Made by a program: the position numbers and the translations under genes
The notes under the pieces: generated by a model
Database searches by the model: none
What the model was told of the DNA's origin: nothing
What the model saw: the letters and a program-made list of their open reading frames with translations, nothing else
In this document: piece by piece, positions 33,978 through 44,925 of the stretch
How positions within the stretch are numbered: position 1 is the first letter of the stretch
How the letters are laid out: every line of letters begins with the position of its first letter
Origin: Anaerocolumna sp.
Lineage (GTDB): Bacteria > Bacillota > Clostridia > Lachnospirales > Lachnospiraceae
Direction: 5' to 3'
Length of the DNA: 64,000 nucleotides
Assembly (NCBI RefSeq): GCF_032079385.1
Contig: NZ_DAMAUC010000003.1
Span: forward strand, 117,119 to 181,118

Positions 33978-35815
33978 GTCAAAAGGAAGAATATAAATTA
34001 GGGCAATCTAATCATAAAAAACAAATGGGACCACCGGGGCCAGGCATGGGCGGCGGTGGTGAGAAAGCCAAAGAATTTAAAACGACATGGGTAAAGTTAA
34101 TTCAATATTGTAAAAAATATTGGTCAGTTATGATAATTGCATTGCTTTGCGTAGTCATGGGTACTGTGTTAACCCTAATTGGTCCTGACAAATTATCAGA
34201 ACTTACCGATTTGATTACAAAAGGAATTGTGACAGGAATTGATTTAGATGGTGTTGCCAGAATTGGTTTGACATTAGTTACATTTTATGGACTTAGTTTT
34301 CTGCTGTCATTAATACAAGGTATGGTGATGGCGACTATTACACAAAATGTATCGAAACAGTTACGTGGAGATATTTCTGTTAAGATTAATCGTTTGCCCA
34401 TGTGGTTCTATAATAATACAACAACAGGAGATGTGCTGTCTCGTGTGACCAATGATGTAGATACTATTGGGCAGTCTCTAAATCAAAGTGTGGGGACATT
34501 GGTTTCTGCAATTACTCTATTAGTGGGGTCTTTGGTTATGATGTTAAAGACTAATGTAATCATGACAATTACAGCAATTGTTGCAACTTTTATTGGATTT
34601 GTACTGATGATGCTTATAATGGGAAAATCACAAAAATACTTTGTACGCCAGCAGCAGCATCTAGGTGAAATCAATGGACATATTGAAGAAATTTATGCTG
34701 GACATACTATTGTAAAAGCTTATAATGGTGAAGCAAAGGCACGAAAAAAATTTGTTTCTTTAAATAATGAACTTCGGGAAAGTAATTTTATGGCACAATG
34801 TTTATCCGGATTAATGATGCCTCTGATGTCCTTTATCGGTAACTTCGGTTATGTGGCAGTTTGCGTAGTTGGTGCTGTTCTTGTAATGAATAAAACCATT
34901 TCCTTTGGAGTAATCGTGGCTTTTATATTATATGTAAGATATTTTACACAACCATTAAGTCAGCTTGCCCAAGCTGCCCAGTCTTTACAAACGGCTGCAG
35001 CAGCAGGAGAGCGTGTGTTTGAATTCCTTGAAGCAGAAGAAATGGAAGATGAGTCAGCAAAGACAAGAAAGCTTGACAATGTACAAGGTAAGGTTGATTT
35101 TGAACATGTACTTTTTGCCTATGAAGGGTCAGATAAAACAATTATTAATAATTTCTCGATTTCTACCAAGCCAGGTCAAAAAGTTGCGATTGTTGGTCCA
35201 ACTGGAGCAGGGAAAACTACCATTGTAAATCTTTTAATGCGTTTTCATGAAATACAAAGTGGTACAATAAAGATTGATAATATTCCAATTCATCAGTTAC
35301 CACGTGAGGAGGTTCATGAACAATTCTGTATGGTACTTCAAGATACCTGGGTTTTTGAAGGCACAGTACGTGAAAATCTGGTATATTGTACAGAAAATGT
35401 TTCTGAGCAAAGGTTAGAAGAAGCATGTAAAGCAGTTGGGCTGCATCATTTTATACGTACCCTTCCACATGGATATGATACGGTGTTAAATGATCAATTG
35501 AGTCTATCGGCAGGACAAAAGCAACAACTTACAATAGCGAGAGCTATGATTGCGGACCGGCCAATGTTAATTCTTGATGAGGCCACAAGTTCTGTAGATA
35601 CCCGTACAGAGTTAATTATTCAAAATGCCATGGATGAGTTAATGAAAGGACGCACTTCATTTATTATTGCCCATAGGCTGTCAACAATTAAAAATGCGGA
35701 TTTGATTCTTGTTATGAAAGATGGGGATATCATAGAGAGCGGAAGCCATAATGAATTAATGGAACAAGGCGGATTCTATGCAGACCTGTATAATAGTCAA
35801 TTCGATGCAGCGTAA
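33974..35815 (+). CDS. ABC exporter, fused permease/ATPase (heterodimer partner 2)
   Basis: GTG start overlaps the upstream stop. Walker A GPTGAGKTT, signature LSAGQKQQ and Walker B LILDEATSSVD. Confidence 0.9.
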   Translation: MSQKEEYKLGQSNHKKQMGPPGPGMGGGGEKAKEFKTTWVKLIQYCKKYWSVMIIALLCVVMGTVLTLIGPDKLSELTDLITKGIVTGIDLDGVARIGLTLVTFYGLSFLLSLIQGMVMATITQNVSKQLRGDISVKINRLPMWFYNNTTTGDVLSRVTNDVDTIGQSLNQSVGTLVSAITLLVGSLVMMLKTNVIMTITAIVATFIGFVLMMLIMGKSQKYFVRQQQHLGEINGHIEEIYAGHTIVKAYNGEAKARKKFVSLNNELRESNFMAQCLSGLMMPLMSFIGNFGYVAVCVVGAVLVMNKTISFGVIVAFILYVRYFTQPLSQLAQAAQSLQTAAAAGERVFEFLEAEEMEDESAKTRKLDNVQGKVDFEHVLFAYEGSDKTIINNFSISTKPGQKVAIVGPTGAGKTTIVNLLMRFHEIQSGTIKIDNIPIHQLPREEVHEQFCMVLQDTWVFEGTVRENLVYCTENVSEQRLEEACKAVGLHHFIRTLPHGYDTVLNDQLSLSAGQKQQLTIARAMIADRPMLILDEATSSVDTRTELIIQNAMDELMKGRTSFIIAHRLSTIKNADLILVMKDGDIIESGSHNELMEQGGFYADLYNSQFDAA

Positions 35816-35833
35816 ATAGGAGGGACAGATTAT

Positions 35834-38581
35834 ATGTTACAAATTAAAGAAATATCGAAACAGTATATAACTGGTGATTTGGTGCAAACAGCACTTAATA
35901 AAGTAAATCTAAATTTTCGTGATAACGAATTTGTTGCCATTCTAGGCCCGAGCGGGTCAGGAAAAACCACATTATTAAACATCATAGGCGGACTGGATCA
36001 ATATGATTCTGGTGATTTGATAATTAATAATATATCTACACAAAAATACAAGGATAGAGACTGGGATTCATACCGCAATCATACCATTGGATTTGTGTTC
36101 CAAAGTTACAACTTAATTCCTCATCAGACTATACTATCTAATGTGGAATTGGCACTTACTATATCGGGAATCTCCAAGAGGGAACGCAAGGAGCGGGCCA
36201 AGGAAGCTCTTGAGAAAGTTGGCCTTGGGACACAGCTTCATAAAAAACCAAGCCAGCTTTCTGGTGGACAAATGCAGCGTGTTGCCATCGCAAGAGCCTT
36301 AGTAAATAATCCGGAAATTTTACTAGCAGATGAGCCAACCGGGGCATTGGATACTGAAACCAGTGTTCAAGTTATGGATTTACTGAAAGAAGTAGCAAAA
36401 GACCGCCTTGTAATCATGGTAACCCATAATCCGGAACTGGCAGAAAAATATGCTACACGAATTGTAAAATTAAAGGATGGGAATATTGTCGGAGATACGA
36501 AACCATTTCAGGTCAATCCAGAAGATGCTCCCAAAGCAGTGCATAAAAATATGGGAAAAACCTCAATGAAGATTAAAACATCCTTATCTCTAAGTTTTAA
36601 CAATTTACGGGCCAAAAAAGGGAGAACTTTCCTAACTGCATTTGCCGGTTCTATTGGTATTATAGGAATTGCCTTGATTTTAGCCTTTTCTAATGGGGTT
36701 AATGAGTATATAGAGAATATTCAAAGAGATACGATGGCTTCCTATCCCATAACAATTGAAGCTCAGTCTATAGATTTGAGCAGCATTATGGGTGAGGAGA
36801 TGATGGGAGGTCGTATAAAAGAAGAAGTCTCACATGATTTAGACTCCGTTTATTCCAATAGTAGTTCTTTAGAAATGGTGAATCGGTTAACATCTAGTTT
36901 TACAGAGAATAATCTGACGGAATTTAAAAAGTATTTGGATGATGAAAATAATAAAATTAGAGAGCAGCTTGGTAAAAATGGTGTAAAATATTCATACGAT
37001 GTGGCATTTGATGTATATGCAAAGAATGCGGATGATACAATAATCGACACCAATACCAATGCGTTTTCTCTAAAACCTGAATCTTCAAGTACACCTGGTG
37101 CTCTGGGACAGTTTCAAGATAGTATGAGGAGTATGGTACCTGCTGGAGGTATGGGTTCTTCCGAAACCTTTGGAGAAATGCTTCCAGGAACAGAGGGTGA
37201 TTTGGTAAGCGGCGTGGTGAAGGATAGTTATGATTTACTATATGGAGCATGGCCTCAAAATTATGATGAGGTAGTACTGGTATTAGATCAAAATAATGAA
37301 ATTCCAACAACGGCACTTTATGCACTTGGCCTTATTCCAACGGAACAATATGATGCAATTATGAAAAGTATTGAAACTGGAGAAGAGTTTGAAGTGGAGA
37401 CCTTTCATTATAATTACGATGAGATCAGTCAACAAGAATTTTATCTCATACCGGCCTGTGACTATTATGTGAAAAATGAAGATGGAACATTTCACAGTGT
37501 AAAAGGTGATAAACTAAAACTGGAAACCATGTTAAAGGATGCAATCAAATTACATGTTACAGGTGTCATTCGTCCAATGGAAGATGCAAAGAATGCGAAT
37601 ATAACCAGTGCCATTGGATACACCAATGCATTAACAGATTACATCATCGACTATGCCAATAATAGTGAGGTTGTAGCAGCTCAGTTGGCAAATAAAGCAG
37701 TGAATGTCTTAAACGGTATGGAGTTTGCACCTGAGGAAGATGCTGCACGAGTAGCAGATGCTAAGAATTATATTGAAAAATTGGGTGTTTCGGATAAGGC
37801 TAAATTATGGAGTGAACTTGCCAGCAAGATGTTTGCTGATAATCCGGAGCAATTGCAAGGAATTGCAAGTTTAGGAGAAGTACAATTAGCTGCTATGGCA
37901 GATGAATATTTTGCATCGGCAGATGATGAAGTATTTTTAATGCTATATGATAATTATATTTCAGTGGGAAGTTATGACAGTAATATGAGTGCATTTGGCT
38001 TTGTTAGTTTAGACGCTCCTTCTTCCATTAGTATCTATGCAGACACTTTTGAAGCAAAGGAGGCTATTGCAGATTTTATTACGGAGTATAACTCCTCAGT
38101 GGAAGAAGCATATCAAATTACGTATACAGATTTTGTCGCTATAATGACGTCCTCTATAACAACTATTATTAATGTGATTTCATATGTTTTAATCGCATTC
38201 GTGGCAGTATCGTTGATTGTTTCTTCTATTATGATTGGTATTATTACCTATATTTCTGTTCTGGAACGTACAAAGGAAATTGGTATTCTACGTGCAATCG
38301 GAGCGTCAAAACACAATATTTCACAGGTGTTCAATGCAGAAACTGGAATCGTAGGATTATTATCTGGTACACTAGGTGTTGGTATATCCTGCTTAATTCT
38401 AATTCCCTGTAATGCACTTCTTCGATCTCTTTTAGGTACTTCGGAGGTAAATGCAACATTGCCAGTGATTAGTGCAGTTATTCTAATAGCGTTAAGTGTA
38501 ATCCTTACATTAATTGGAGGTTTTATTCCTGCGAAAAAAGCGGCTAGAAAAGATCCGGTTTCAGCACTCAGAAGTGAATAA
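35834..38581 (+). CDS. MacB-like ABC transporter, fused ATPase and FtsX-type permease with a large extracytoplasmic domain
   Basis: Walker [10 protein letters not shown], signature LSGGQMQR and Walker [14 protein letters not shown]1 lies near residue 280. About 490 aa are extracellular, followed by a three-TM FtsX C-terminus. Confidence 0.85.
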   Translation: MLQIKEISKQYITGDLVQTALNKVNLNFRDNEFVAILGPSGSGKTTLLNIIGGLDQYDSGDLIINNISTQKYKDRDWDSYRNHTIGFVFQSYNLIPHQTILSNVELALTISGISKRERKERAKEALEKVGLGTQLHKKPSQLSGGQMQRVAIARALVNNPEILLADEPTGALDTETSVQVMDLLKEVAKDRLVIMVTHNPELAEKYATRIVKLKDGNIVGDTKPFQVNPEDAPKAVHKNMGKTSMKIKTSLSLSFNNLRAKKGRTFLTAFAGSIGIIGIALILAFSNGVNEYIENIQRDTMASYPITIEAQSIDLSSIMGEEMMGGRIKEEVSHDLDSVYSNSSSLEMVNRLTSSFTENNLTEFKKYLDDENNKIREQLGKNGVKYSYDVAFDVYAKNADDTIIDTNTNAFSLKPESSSTPGALGQFQDSMRSMVPAGGMGSSETFGEMLPGTEGDLVSGVVKDSYDLLYGAWPQNYDEVVLVLDQNNEIPTTALYALGLIPTEQYDAIMKSIETGEEFEVETFHYNYDEISQQEFYLIPACDYYVKNEDGTFHSVKGDKLKLETMLKDAIKLHVTGVIRPMEDAKNANITSAIGYTNALTDYIIDYANNSEVVAAQLANKAVNVLNGMEFAPEEDAARVADAKNYIEKLGVSDKAKLWSELASKMFADNPEQLQGIASLGEVQLAAMADEYFASADDEVFLMLYDNYISVGSYDSNMSAFGFVSLDAPSSISIYADTFEAKEAIADFITEYNSSVEEAYQITYTDFVAIMTSSITTIINVISYVLIAFVAVSLIVSSIMIGIITYISVLERTKEIGILRAIGASKHNISQVFNAETGIVGLLSGTLGVGISCLILIPCNALLRSLLGTSEVNATLPVISAVILIALSVILTLIGGFIPAKKAARKDPVSALRSE

Positions 38582-38647
38582 ACTCTGTGTTGATGTCTTA
38601 TCGTCTACACAAATTTTGTCCTTGGCTCACATCTATGAGTTGTAGTA

Positions 38648-38685
38648 CAAAGGCTGGAAAAGCTTAAAGCAGCTACCAGCCTTTG
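38648..38685. terminator. Hairpin between convergent genes (possible bidirectional terminator)
   Basis: CAAAGGCTGG (38648-38657) pairs with CCAGCCTTTG (38676-38685). No clean T-tract follows. Confidence 0.4.
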
Positions 38686-38740
38686 TAATTATTGTATACC
38701 AATACATTATCCGACAGAGATTTTTTTCGAACACTTTTTA

Positions 38741-40027
38741 TCAAAATTCTAATTTCTCTATATCATACAGATTATTTATTACAAGCCACATCTGGGCGAA
38801 AAAGTACATATTATTCCATACAGATACTCCTTGCAGCCCATATTCTGGTATTAGCCCGGTTATTCTTTCTATGCTTCTGGCATCCTTAAACCATACATTG
38901 TGCAGCGTATCATCTACATTGTAATAAAAAAAGTAAGGTGCTGCCGCTATTTCATTATATTGTATAGGCACTCCGTTATCTACAGCAATTTGAATTGCCA
39001 TGTCAAATGTGATTGCATTTGCTACGGTATGCCCGGGAATATAGGGAAGTTCCCAGTCATAACCAATTACAGGCATTCCAACTACCAATTTATTAGAGGG
39101 TACAATCTTTATAATCTGATTAATTATTTCACTTACAATATTAATCGGAGTTGCAGAAGCCGGTGGTCCATAAGAGTATCCCCAATCATAAGATAACAGC
39201 AGTATCGCGTCAACATATTCTGATATGACGGAATAATCAATAGTTTCATAAGTTATTTCCGTTCGTTCAATATTCACTCTCGGTGTTACAGTGATTGTAT
39301 ATCGCAAGCCTTCGCTTTTTAATCGTGTGCTCATTTTTATAATAAACTCTTGTATCAGATTTTTTGTTTCAGGAAATATATACTGAAAATATTGATTCAG
39401 ACCATAATATCCCTTTGCCTTAATAGTAGCTACAATATTATCAATCATACGATCCTGTATATCCGGATTATTCAGAATAGCAAAAGCGGTCTCTTCGCTT
39501 CCAACTCCATATTCGGATAAAGTGGATACTAACATCATGGGAAATACACCGTATTCTTTTGCCATGTTTACAATATCCTGATCGTCAAGGTCGTTAAGGT
39601 TTCCATTGGCATCCACCCGATAATCAAACACCGTAAGAAATGTTAAGAAAGGTAATGTTTTTCTTAAGATGTCTCTATTAACATAGGAATAAACATATCC
39701 CCCTACTGATATTGTGCCAATTTTATTTGTATCATTGGTTATTGTAATGGTTTCGCCAGGATAAAGCCTGCCTCTGTTTGATAAATAAGGATTATTTCTC
39801 AAAATCTGCATCAAAGGAACATGATACATTTCTGCAATGCTTTCTAAGGTATCTCCTTCTTGCACGGTATGGTTTAATAAAGGGTATACAATTACAATAG
39901 TTTGGCCAATAGCAAGAGTAGAGGGAGTAGATATCTCATTTTCCAGTATCAGCCGATCTACAGAAAGGTCATAAAGCTCTGCAATAGAGGCAATGGTTTC
40001 TCCGGGTTGCACAACATGTATTATCAT
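38741..40027 (-). CDS. LysM x2 - GH18 peptidoglycan/cortex hydrolase (YaaH/SleL-like)
   Basis: Two LysM repeats (HVVQPGETIASIAELYDLSVDRLILENE and HTVQEGDTLESIAEMYHVPLMQILRNN). A GH18-like TIM-barrel body follows (LLLSYDWGY). Confidence 0.8.
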   Translation of the reverse strand: MIIHVVQPGETIASIAELYDLSVDRLILENEISTPSTLAIGQTIVIVYPLLNHTVQEGDTLESIAEMYHVPLMQILRNNPYLSNRGRLYPGETITITNDTNKIGTISVGGYVYSYVNRDILRKTLPFLTFLTVFDYRVDANGNLNDLDDQDIVNMAKEYGVFPMMLVSTLSEYGVGSEETAFAILNNPDIQDRMIDNIVATIKAKGYYGLNQYFQYIFPETKNLIQEFIIKMSTRLKSEGLRYTITVTPRVNIERTEITYETIDYSVISEYVDAILLLSYDWGYSYGPPASATPINIVSEIINQIIKIVPSNKLVVGMPVIGYDWELPYIPGHTVANAITFDMAIQIAVDNGVPIQYNEIAAAPYFFYYNVDDTLHNVWFKDARSIERITGLIPEYGLQGVSVWNNMYFFAQMWLVINNLYDIEKLEF

Positions 40028-40147
40028 ATTTATATCCTTACTTAAGCTTATATTAAGAATATATGTTATCTTCTAAAGAAAATACCTTTGCATTAAAATA
40101 TACATGCTATTGGTTCCTGCCGTGACGCCGTCCAATCAGCTCATATT

Positions 40148-41164
40148 TTATTTACAAGATTCATTGGTAATCAGTTTCGCTTGAAACGTAATATGTTGCG
40201 GACTTCTTTCACGATTGATAAGACCAATGATTAAGTCATATATACAAATGGTAAGGTCTTTGACCGGTTGAACAAATGTTGTTATGGAAGGTACTAAATA
40301 ATTAATTTCTTCAAGACCATCAAAGCTAATGATTTCTATATCTTTTCCTGGAACTTTTCCTACATCATGAATAGCCCGAATGGCAGCAATGCATACAATG
40401 TCGGCAACACAACAGATGGCGGTAGTTTCTGGATGCTTCTTTAATATATCTACTAAACCATCGTAGGAGCTCTTATAATTGTATTCTCCTTCAACCATAT
40501 AGGATAAGTTATGTTCCAGATGATTATCCTTTAAGGCATTGGCATATCCTTTTACTCGTATTCCATAAACACTATTATCAATTTTTGAAGATATCAGTGT
40601 ACATATATTTTTATGACCTTTATTAATCAAATAGGACATCTGGTTATATGCAGTTTCATAATGATTTACCTGAACACTGGAATAATTCGTTTCTTCCATA
40701 TTATTGGGCAAAACTGTATTTACAAATACAATCGGGCATGTAAGTTCAAGAAAACGGTCGTGGGGTATGGGCTCGAAATTACCACCTATATAAATAATGC
40801 CATTTAGATTATTTGAGTTAGTATAAGTAATCAGCTCCTCAAATTTCTCTGATTTATCCTGTGCAAAATAGTTATCATGATATGACATTATAGTGTAATT
40901 TCCATTATGCAAACGTATGGATAATATTTCTTCTAATGTATCATATAAAGAATTATCCACGCCTTCGATTATTAGTCCAATAGAAGGTTTTGAACCTAAG
41001 CCTTTCTGCTGACGTGTATAGGAATTAGGCTTATATTGATTTTCTTCAATAATTTTAAGAACAAGCTGTCTTGTTGAACTACTGATATCCGGATAATTAT
41101 TTAAAACTTTAGAAACTGTTCCAGGTGTTACATTGGCTAACTGGGCAATATCTCTTATATTCAT
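40148..41164 (-). CDS. LacI-family transcriptional regulator
   Basis: N-terminal HTH MNIRDIAQLANVTPGTVSKVLNNYPDISSSTRQLVLKIIEENQYKPN. The C-terminus is a periplasmic-binding-fold sensor domain. Confidence 0.9.
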   Translation of the reverse strand: MNIRDIAQLANVTPGTVSKVLNNYPDISSSTRQLVLKIIEENQYKPNSYTRQQKGLGSKPSIGLIIEGVDNSLYDTLEEILSIRLHNGNYTIMSYHDNYFAQDKSEKFEELITYTNSNNLNGIIYIGGNFEPIPHDRFLELTCPIVFVNTVLPNNMEETNYSSVQVNHYETAYNQMSYLINKGHKNICTLISSKIDNSVYGIRVKGYANALKDNHLEHNLSYMVEGEYNYKSSYDGLVDILKKHPETTAICCVADIVCIAAIRAIHDVGKVPGKDIEIISFDGLEEINYLVPSITTFVQPVKDLTICIYDLIIGLINRERSPQHITFQAKLITNESCK

Positions 41165-41235
41165 TTTTGTAGAAACTCCTCATTCATTATAATCAGAACT
41201 ATTCATTTCATTTTATCTTAAGTTGATTATAATAA

Positions 41236-42006
41236 TTATAATACAGTGATTGGTAAAATTCCATAATCTTTTAATTTTTTATAAGCATATTCTACGGTAC
41301 TATCCCAAACTTGATCCGGGTTATGGCAATCAGAGCCAACTATGACAGGGATATCAGTTTGGGAAACTTTTTTCCAGAAGGCCTGATGTGGGTATTGATA
41401 GCGGATTCCATCCGGAAATTCTGTTTTCCCGCGCCTGAAACCATTTGCGTTAAATTCCAGGATAGTATTTGTTTCCATAGAGGCACCAATTATTATATCA
41501 CATGCAGTTTCGCAATTCTTATCCCATGGAAAGGGATTTAATAAAAACAAATCAGGATGTGCCACCATTTTAAAATATTTTGTTTTCATTGCTGAAGCTA
41601 TGGCCTTGGCATAATCAATGTAGATATCGGTAGAATCTGCATTGTAAATATTAAAGTGTCCCTGAGAAGTTGTAAAAAAATGCTCACCTAAGAGTAAATA
41701 TTGTAATTTTTCCTTGGTTAAAAGTTCTTCATAGTATTGATTATATTCAGGAAGATATTCTATTTCCAATCCTTTTATCAGTTTAATATCCTTGGAATAT
41801 TTTACGGCTAGAGTATCAATTGTACTTGTGTAAGCTTTTAGTTGGTCATAAGACATTCGCAGTCCGAAGTCTTTATCTGGAAAAGGTGCATGATCTGAAA
41901 AACCTAATACATCTACCTTTGAACGAATGGCTGAAAGGACGTAATCTTCTTCTGAGCCTTGTGCATGTAAACACCGACTTGTGTGGGTATGATAATTAAT
42001 TCGCAT
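41236..42006 (-). CDS. PHP-domain phosphatase (histidinol-phosphatase HisJ family)
   Basis: The MRINYHTHTSRCLHAQG metal-binding start is typical of HisJ/PHP phosphoesterases. Confidence 0.8.
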   Translation of the reverse strand: MRINYHTHTSRCLHAQGSEEDYVLSAIRSKVDVLGFSDHAPFPDKDFGLRMSYDQLKAYTSTIDTLAVKYSKDIKLIKGLEIEYLPEYNQYYEELLTKEKLQYLLLGEHFFTTSQGHFNIYNADSTDIYIDYAKAIASAMKTKYFKMVAHPDLFLLNPFPWDKNCETACDIIIGASMETNTILEFNANGFRRGKTEFPDGIRYQYPHQAFWKKVSQTDIPVIVGSDCHNPDQVWDSTVEYAYKKLKDYGILPITVL

Positions 42007-42044
42007 ATGTCGCTCTCTTTCTATTTTGGTAATTATATGTTATT

Positions 42045-42056
42045 GTTTCCGGAAAC
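42045..42056. promoter_or_regulatory. Perfect 12-nt palindrome, LacI-type operator candidate
   Basis: GTTTCCGGAAAC, in the divergent intergenic region. Confidence 0.4.
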
Positions 42057-42075
42057 TATCTAATTGGTCGATATA

Positions 42076-42086
42076 GTTTCGGAAAC
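42076..42086. promoter_or_regulatory. Related palindrome GTTTCGGAAAC
   Basis: It has the same GTTTC/GAAAC arms and lies 20 nt downstream of the first palindrome. Confidence 0.35.
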
Positions 42087-42167
42087 ATTAATATAGGTAT
42101 ATAGTAACATTATACAAAGGATATTGCAATAACTAAAATTAAATTAGTAAAATAATATAATTAATTG

Positions 42168-42196
42168 TTGACACAGTATAATCACCGTGATAATAT
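42168..42196 (+). promoter_or_regulatory. Sigma-A-type promoter of the sugar ABC operon
   Basis: TTGACA (42168-42173), a 17-nt spacer, then TAATAT (42191-42196). Confidence 0.6.
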
Positions 42197-42207
42197 ATTA
42201 TATAGCT

Positions 42208-42223
42208 TGCGAAATGTTTCGCA
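42208..42223. promoter_or_regulatory. LacI-family operator candidate just downstream of the -10 element
   Basis: TGCGAAATGTTTCGCA has 7+7 palindromic arms (TGCGAAA / TTTCGCA). Confidence 0.5.
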
Positions 42224-42246
42224 AATATAAATTTGGAGGATTTTAT

Positions 42247-43533
42247 ATGAGAAAAAGAGGTTTAGCTTTATTGTTGATGGCAATGGTTGGAACTACTTTA
42301 CTAGGCTGCTCAAAAAAAGCAGAAACAACGAAGGATAATAATGTAACATCGAATGAAACAATAAGTTCAACGGAGAATGTTGAACCTACTAGTGTGAAAT
42401 TAAGTGTTTGGGGTCCATCAGAGGATCAAGACCCGCAATATGGAGAATGGCTCAATACAATGTGCAATAAGTTTAATGAAGAGCATCCTGAATGGGACAT
42501 TGCATTTACTTATGGAGTCTGTACGGAGTCCGATGCTAAAAAATTAGTACCTCAAGATATTGATGCTGCTGCAGATGTCTTTTTATTTTCTTCAACCGGA
42601 CTTGAGAATCTTTGCCAGGCAAATAGCCTTAGTCAGCTGGGTGGCAAGTATTTAGACAGTATCAACGAAAATTATCCCAAGGTTCTTGTAGATGGTTTGA
42701 TGTATGAAGATGGTGGAGTATATGGTATTCCAATGACCACCAATACATTTTTTATGTACTATGATAAAAGTGTATTTTCAGAGGAGGATGTAAAATCTCT
42801 GGAGGCTATGCTGCAAAAAGGAAAAGTAGCCATTCCATTAACGGACGGATTTTATTCTTCTGCATTTTATTTAGGTGCCGGATGTACTTTCTTTGGTGAG
42901 GATGGAAGAGACAGGAATGCCGGAATAAATCTTGGTGGCGATAATGCTGTTGCTGTCACTGATTATTTAGTAGATTTGGTATCAAATCCTAATATGGTAG
43001 TGGCTACACCTGCTGATGCAATTGCAATGATGCGTGAAGGCAATGTAAATGCATATTTATGTGGTACCTGGCAGGCTGAGCAAACCAAGGAGATATTAGG
43101 TGACAATTTTGGAGTTGCTGCATTACCGAGCTTTAATCTTAACGGAACAGATACTCAGATGAGTCCTTTCGGTTCCTCAAAAGCTATTGGTGTAAAATCA
43201 ACAACCAAATATCCTGAAGTTGCAATTGAATTAGCCATGTACCTTGGGGGATATGAGGGACAGAAGCTCCATTATGAAACGAGAAACTATGTACCTTGTT
43301 ATAATGATTTGTTGAAGGATGCAAACATTCAGGCAGACATTGTGGTAAAGGCAGATGCTTATACAATTGCTAATATTGCTGTGCCTAGATCTAACTTTAC
43401 AGAAATGTCATATTTTTGGACACCAGCAGAAAGCTTTGGAACAGAATTAAGAGATGGTGTAATTACTCATGATAATGCGAAAGCAAAAACAGAAGCATTT
43501 AATGTAAGTGCTAATTCTTCAGGTATACAGTAA
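42247..43533 (+). CDS. CUT1-family sugar ABC substrate-binding lipoprotein (maltodextrin/oligosaccharide-type)
   Basis: GGAGGA then ATG 42247. MRKRGLALLLMAMVGTTLLGCS carries a lipobox. The body is of the family-1 solute-binding type. Confidence 0.85.
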   Translation: MRKRGLALLLMAMVGTTLLGCSKKAETTKDNNVTSNETISSTENVEPTSVKLSVWGPSEDQDPQYGEWLNTMCNKFNEEHPEWDIAFTYGVCTESDAKKLVPQDIDAAADVFLFSSTGLENLCQANSLSQLGGKYLDSINENYPKVLVDGLMYEDGGVYGIPMTTNTFFMYYDKSVFSEEDVKSLEAMLQKGKVAIPLTDGFYSSAFYLGAGCTFFGEDGRDRNAGINLGGDNAVAVTDYLVDLVSNPNMVVATPADAIAMMREGNVNAYLCGTWQAEQTKEILGDNFGVAALPSFNLNGTDTQMSPFGSSKAIGVKSTTKYPEVAIELAMYLGGYEGQKLHYETRNYVPCYNDLLKDANIQADIVVKADAYTIANIAVPRSNFTEMSYFWTPAESFGTELRDGVITHDNAKAKTEAFNVSANSSGIQ

Positions 43534-43554
43534 TAGAAAAAGAGGTTATTATAA

Positions 43555-44925
43555 ATGAAAGTAAGGAAAAAGTCATTCTCTACTAAATGTAGTTTTACTT
43601 CTGCTTGGAAAAAAGGTTCCATTATTGTGAGGCTGTCATCCGTAATATTTGGGTTGGGCTGCTTTATAAGAAAGCAATTCGTAAAGGGCTTTATGCTTTT
43701 GTTTTCAGAGATTATTATTTTGCTGTTTATGATAAAGGAAGGTATGATTCACCTTAAGAAATTGATTACCCTTGGCGATGTGGAACAGTATAAAATCTGG
43801 AATGAGGCAAAAAGTATATATGAATATGTGGATGGAGATCGCTCGTTAACAATTTTACTATATGGAATTATAACTTTGGCAATTCTATTATGTGCTTTTA
43901 ATTTATTGCGTATATCCGTAATTAATGCATATAAAGCAGAAGAATATGTGAAAAACAATAAAAAGCCACCAAGTTTCAGAGATGAAGTTCGGGAATTGTT
44001 TGATGGTAAATTACATAAAACATTACTATTTCTGCCGGTTTCAGGAGTACTGATATTCACTATCTTACCACTAATATTCATGATGAGTATGGCTTTCACT
44101 AATTATAGTGTTGAAAATAGTAAGCTTGTTCTGTTTGACTGGGTCGGTCTGAAGAACTTTAAAAATATGATAAACTTTGGAAGTAGTTTAGGTAGAACAT
44201 TTTGGTCTGTTTTAGGATGGACTATTGTATGGGCAATACTTGCTACCTTTTCAAACTATTTCATAGGTATGATACTTGCTATGTTTATTAACTGGAAAGA
44301 AATCCGTGCTAAAAAGTTCTGGCGTTTTTGTTTTGTGCTGACGGTGGCAATTCCTCATTTTGTAACCCTTTTAATATTAAGGCAAATGTTACAGCCGGAA
44401 GGAGCTATCAATATACTCCTAAGAAGCATGGGTATTTTGGAAGCAAGAGAATCCCTGCCATTCTTTACAAATACAACTTGGGCACGTATAACAGTTATTT
44501 TAATTAATATTTGGGTGGGAGTGCCTTATACTTTGCTGCAGGTTACTGGAATTTTACAAAATATCCCCAGCGAGCTATATGATTCCGCAAAGGTAGATGG
44601 AGCTGGCCCTGCCATGATATTTAGAAAAATCACATTGCCTTATATGCTATTTGTAACTACGCCTTTCCTGATCACTGTTTTTGCAGGTAATGTAAATAAT
44701 TTTAATGTTATCTTTCTTACCTCACAAGGTTATCCAAGAGCAGTAGAATCAATAGCGGGTAAAACGGATTTACTTATTACCTGGTTATACAAATTGACAA
44801 TTGAAAATCAATATTTTGATGTTGGGGCAGTAATTGGTATTATGACGTTTATTTCATTGGGAATTGCTTCTTTAGTATCTTTCCGTTTAAGTGGATCTTA
44901 TAAGAATGAGGAGGGCTTCCGATGA
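43555..44925 (+). CDS. Sugar ABC permease (MalF-like)
   Basis: Multi-TM protein. It has the EAA-type loop DSAKVDGAGPAMIFRKITLP. Confidence 0.85.
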   Translation: MKVRKKSFSTKCSFTSAWKKGSIIVRLSSVIFGLGCFIRKQFVKGFMLLFSEIIILLFMIKEGMIHLKKLITLGDVEQYKIWNEAKSIYEYVDGDRSLTILLYGIITLAILLCAFNLLRISVINAYKAEEYVKNNKKPPSFRDEVRELFDGKLHKTLLFLPVSGVLIFTILPLIFMMSMAFTNYSVENSKLVLFDWVGLKNFKNMINFGSSLGRTFWSVLGWTIVWAILATFSNYFIGMILAMFINWKEIRAKKFWRFCFVLTVAIPHFVTLLILRQMLQPEGAINILLRSMGILEARESLPFFTNTTWARITVILINIWVGVPYTLLQVTGILQNIPSELYDSAKVDGAGPAMIFRKITLPYMLFVTTPFLITVFAGNVNNFNVIFLTSQGYPRAVESIAGKTDLLITWLYKLTIENQYFDVGAVIGIMTFISLGIASLVSFRLSGSYKNEEGFR

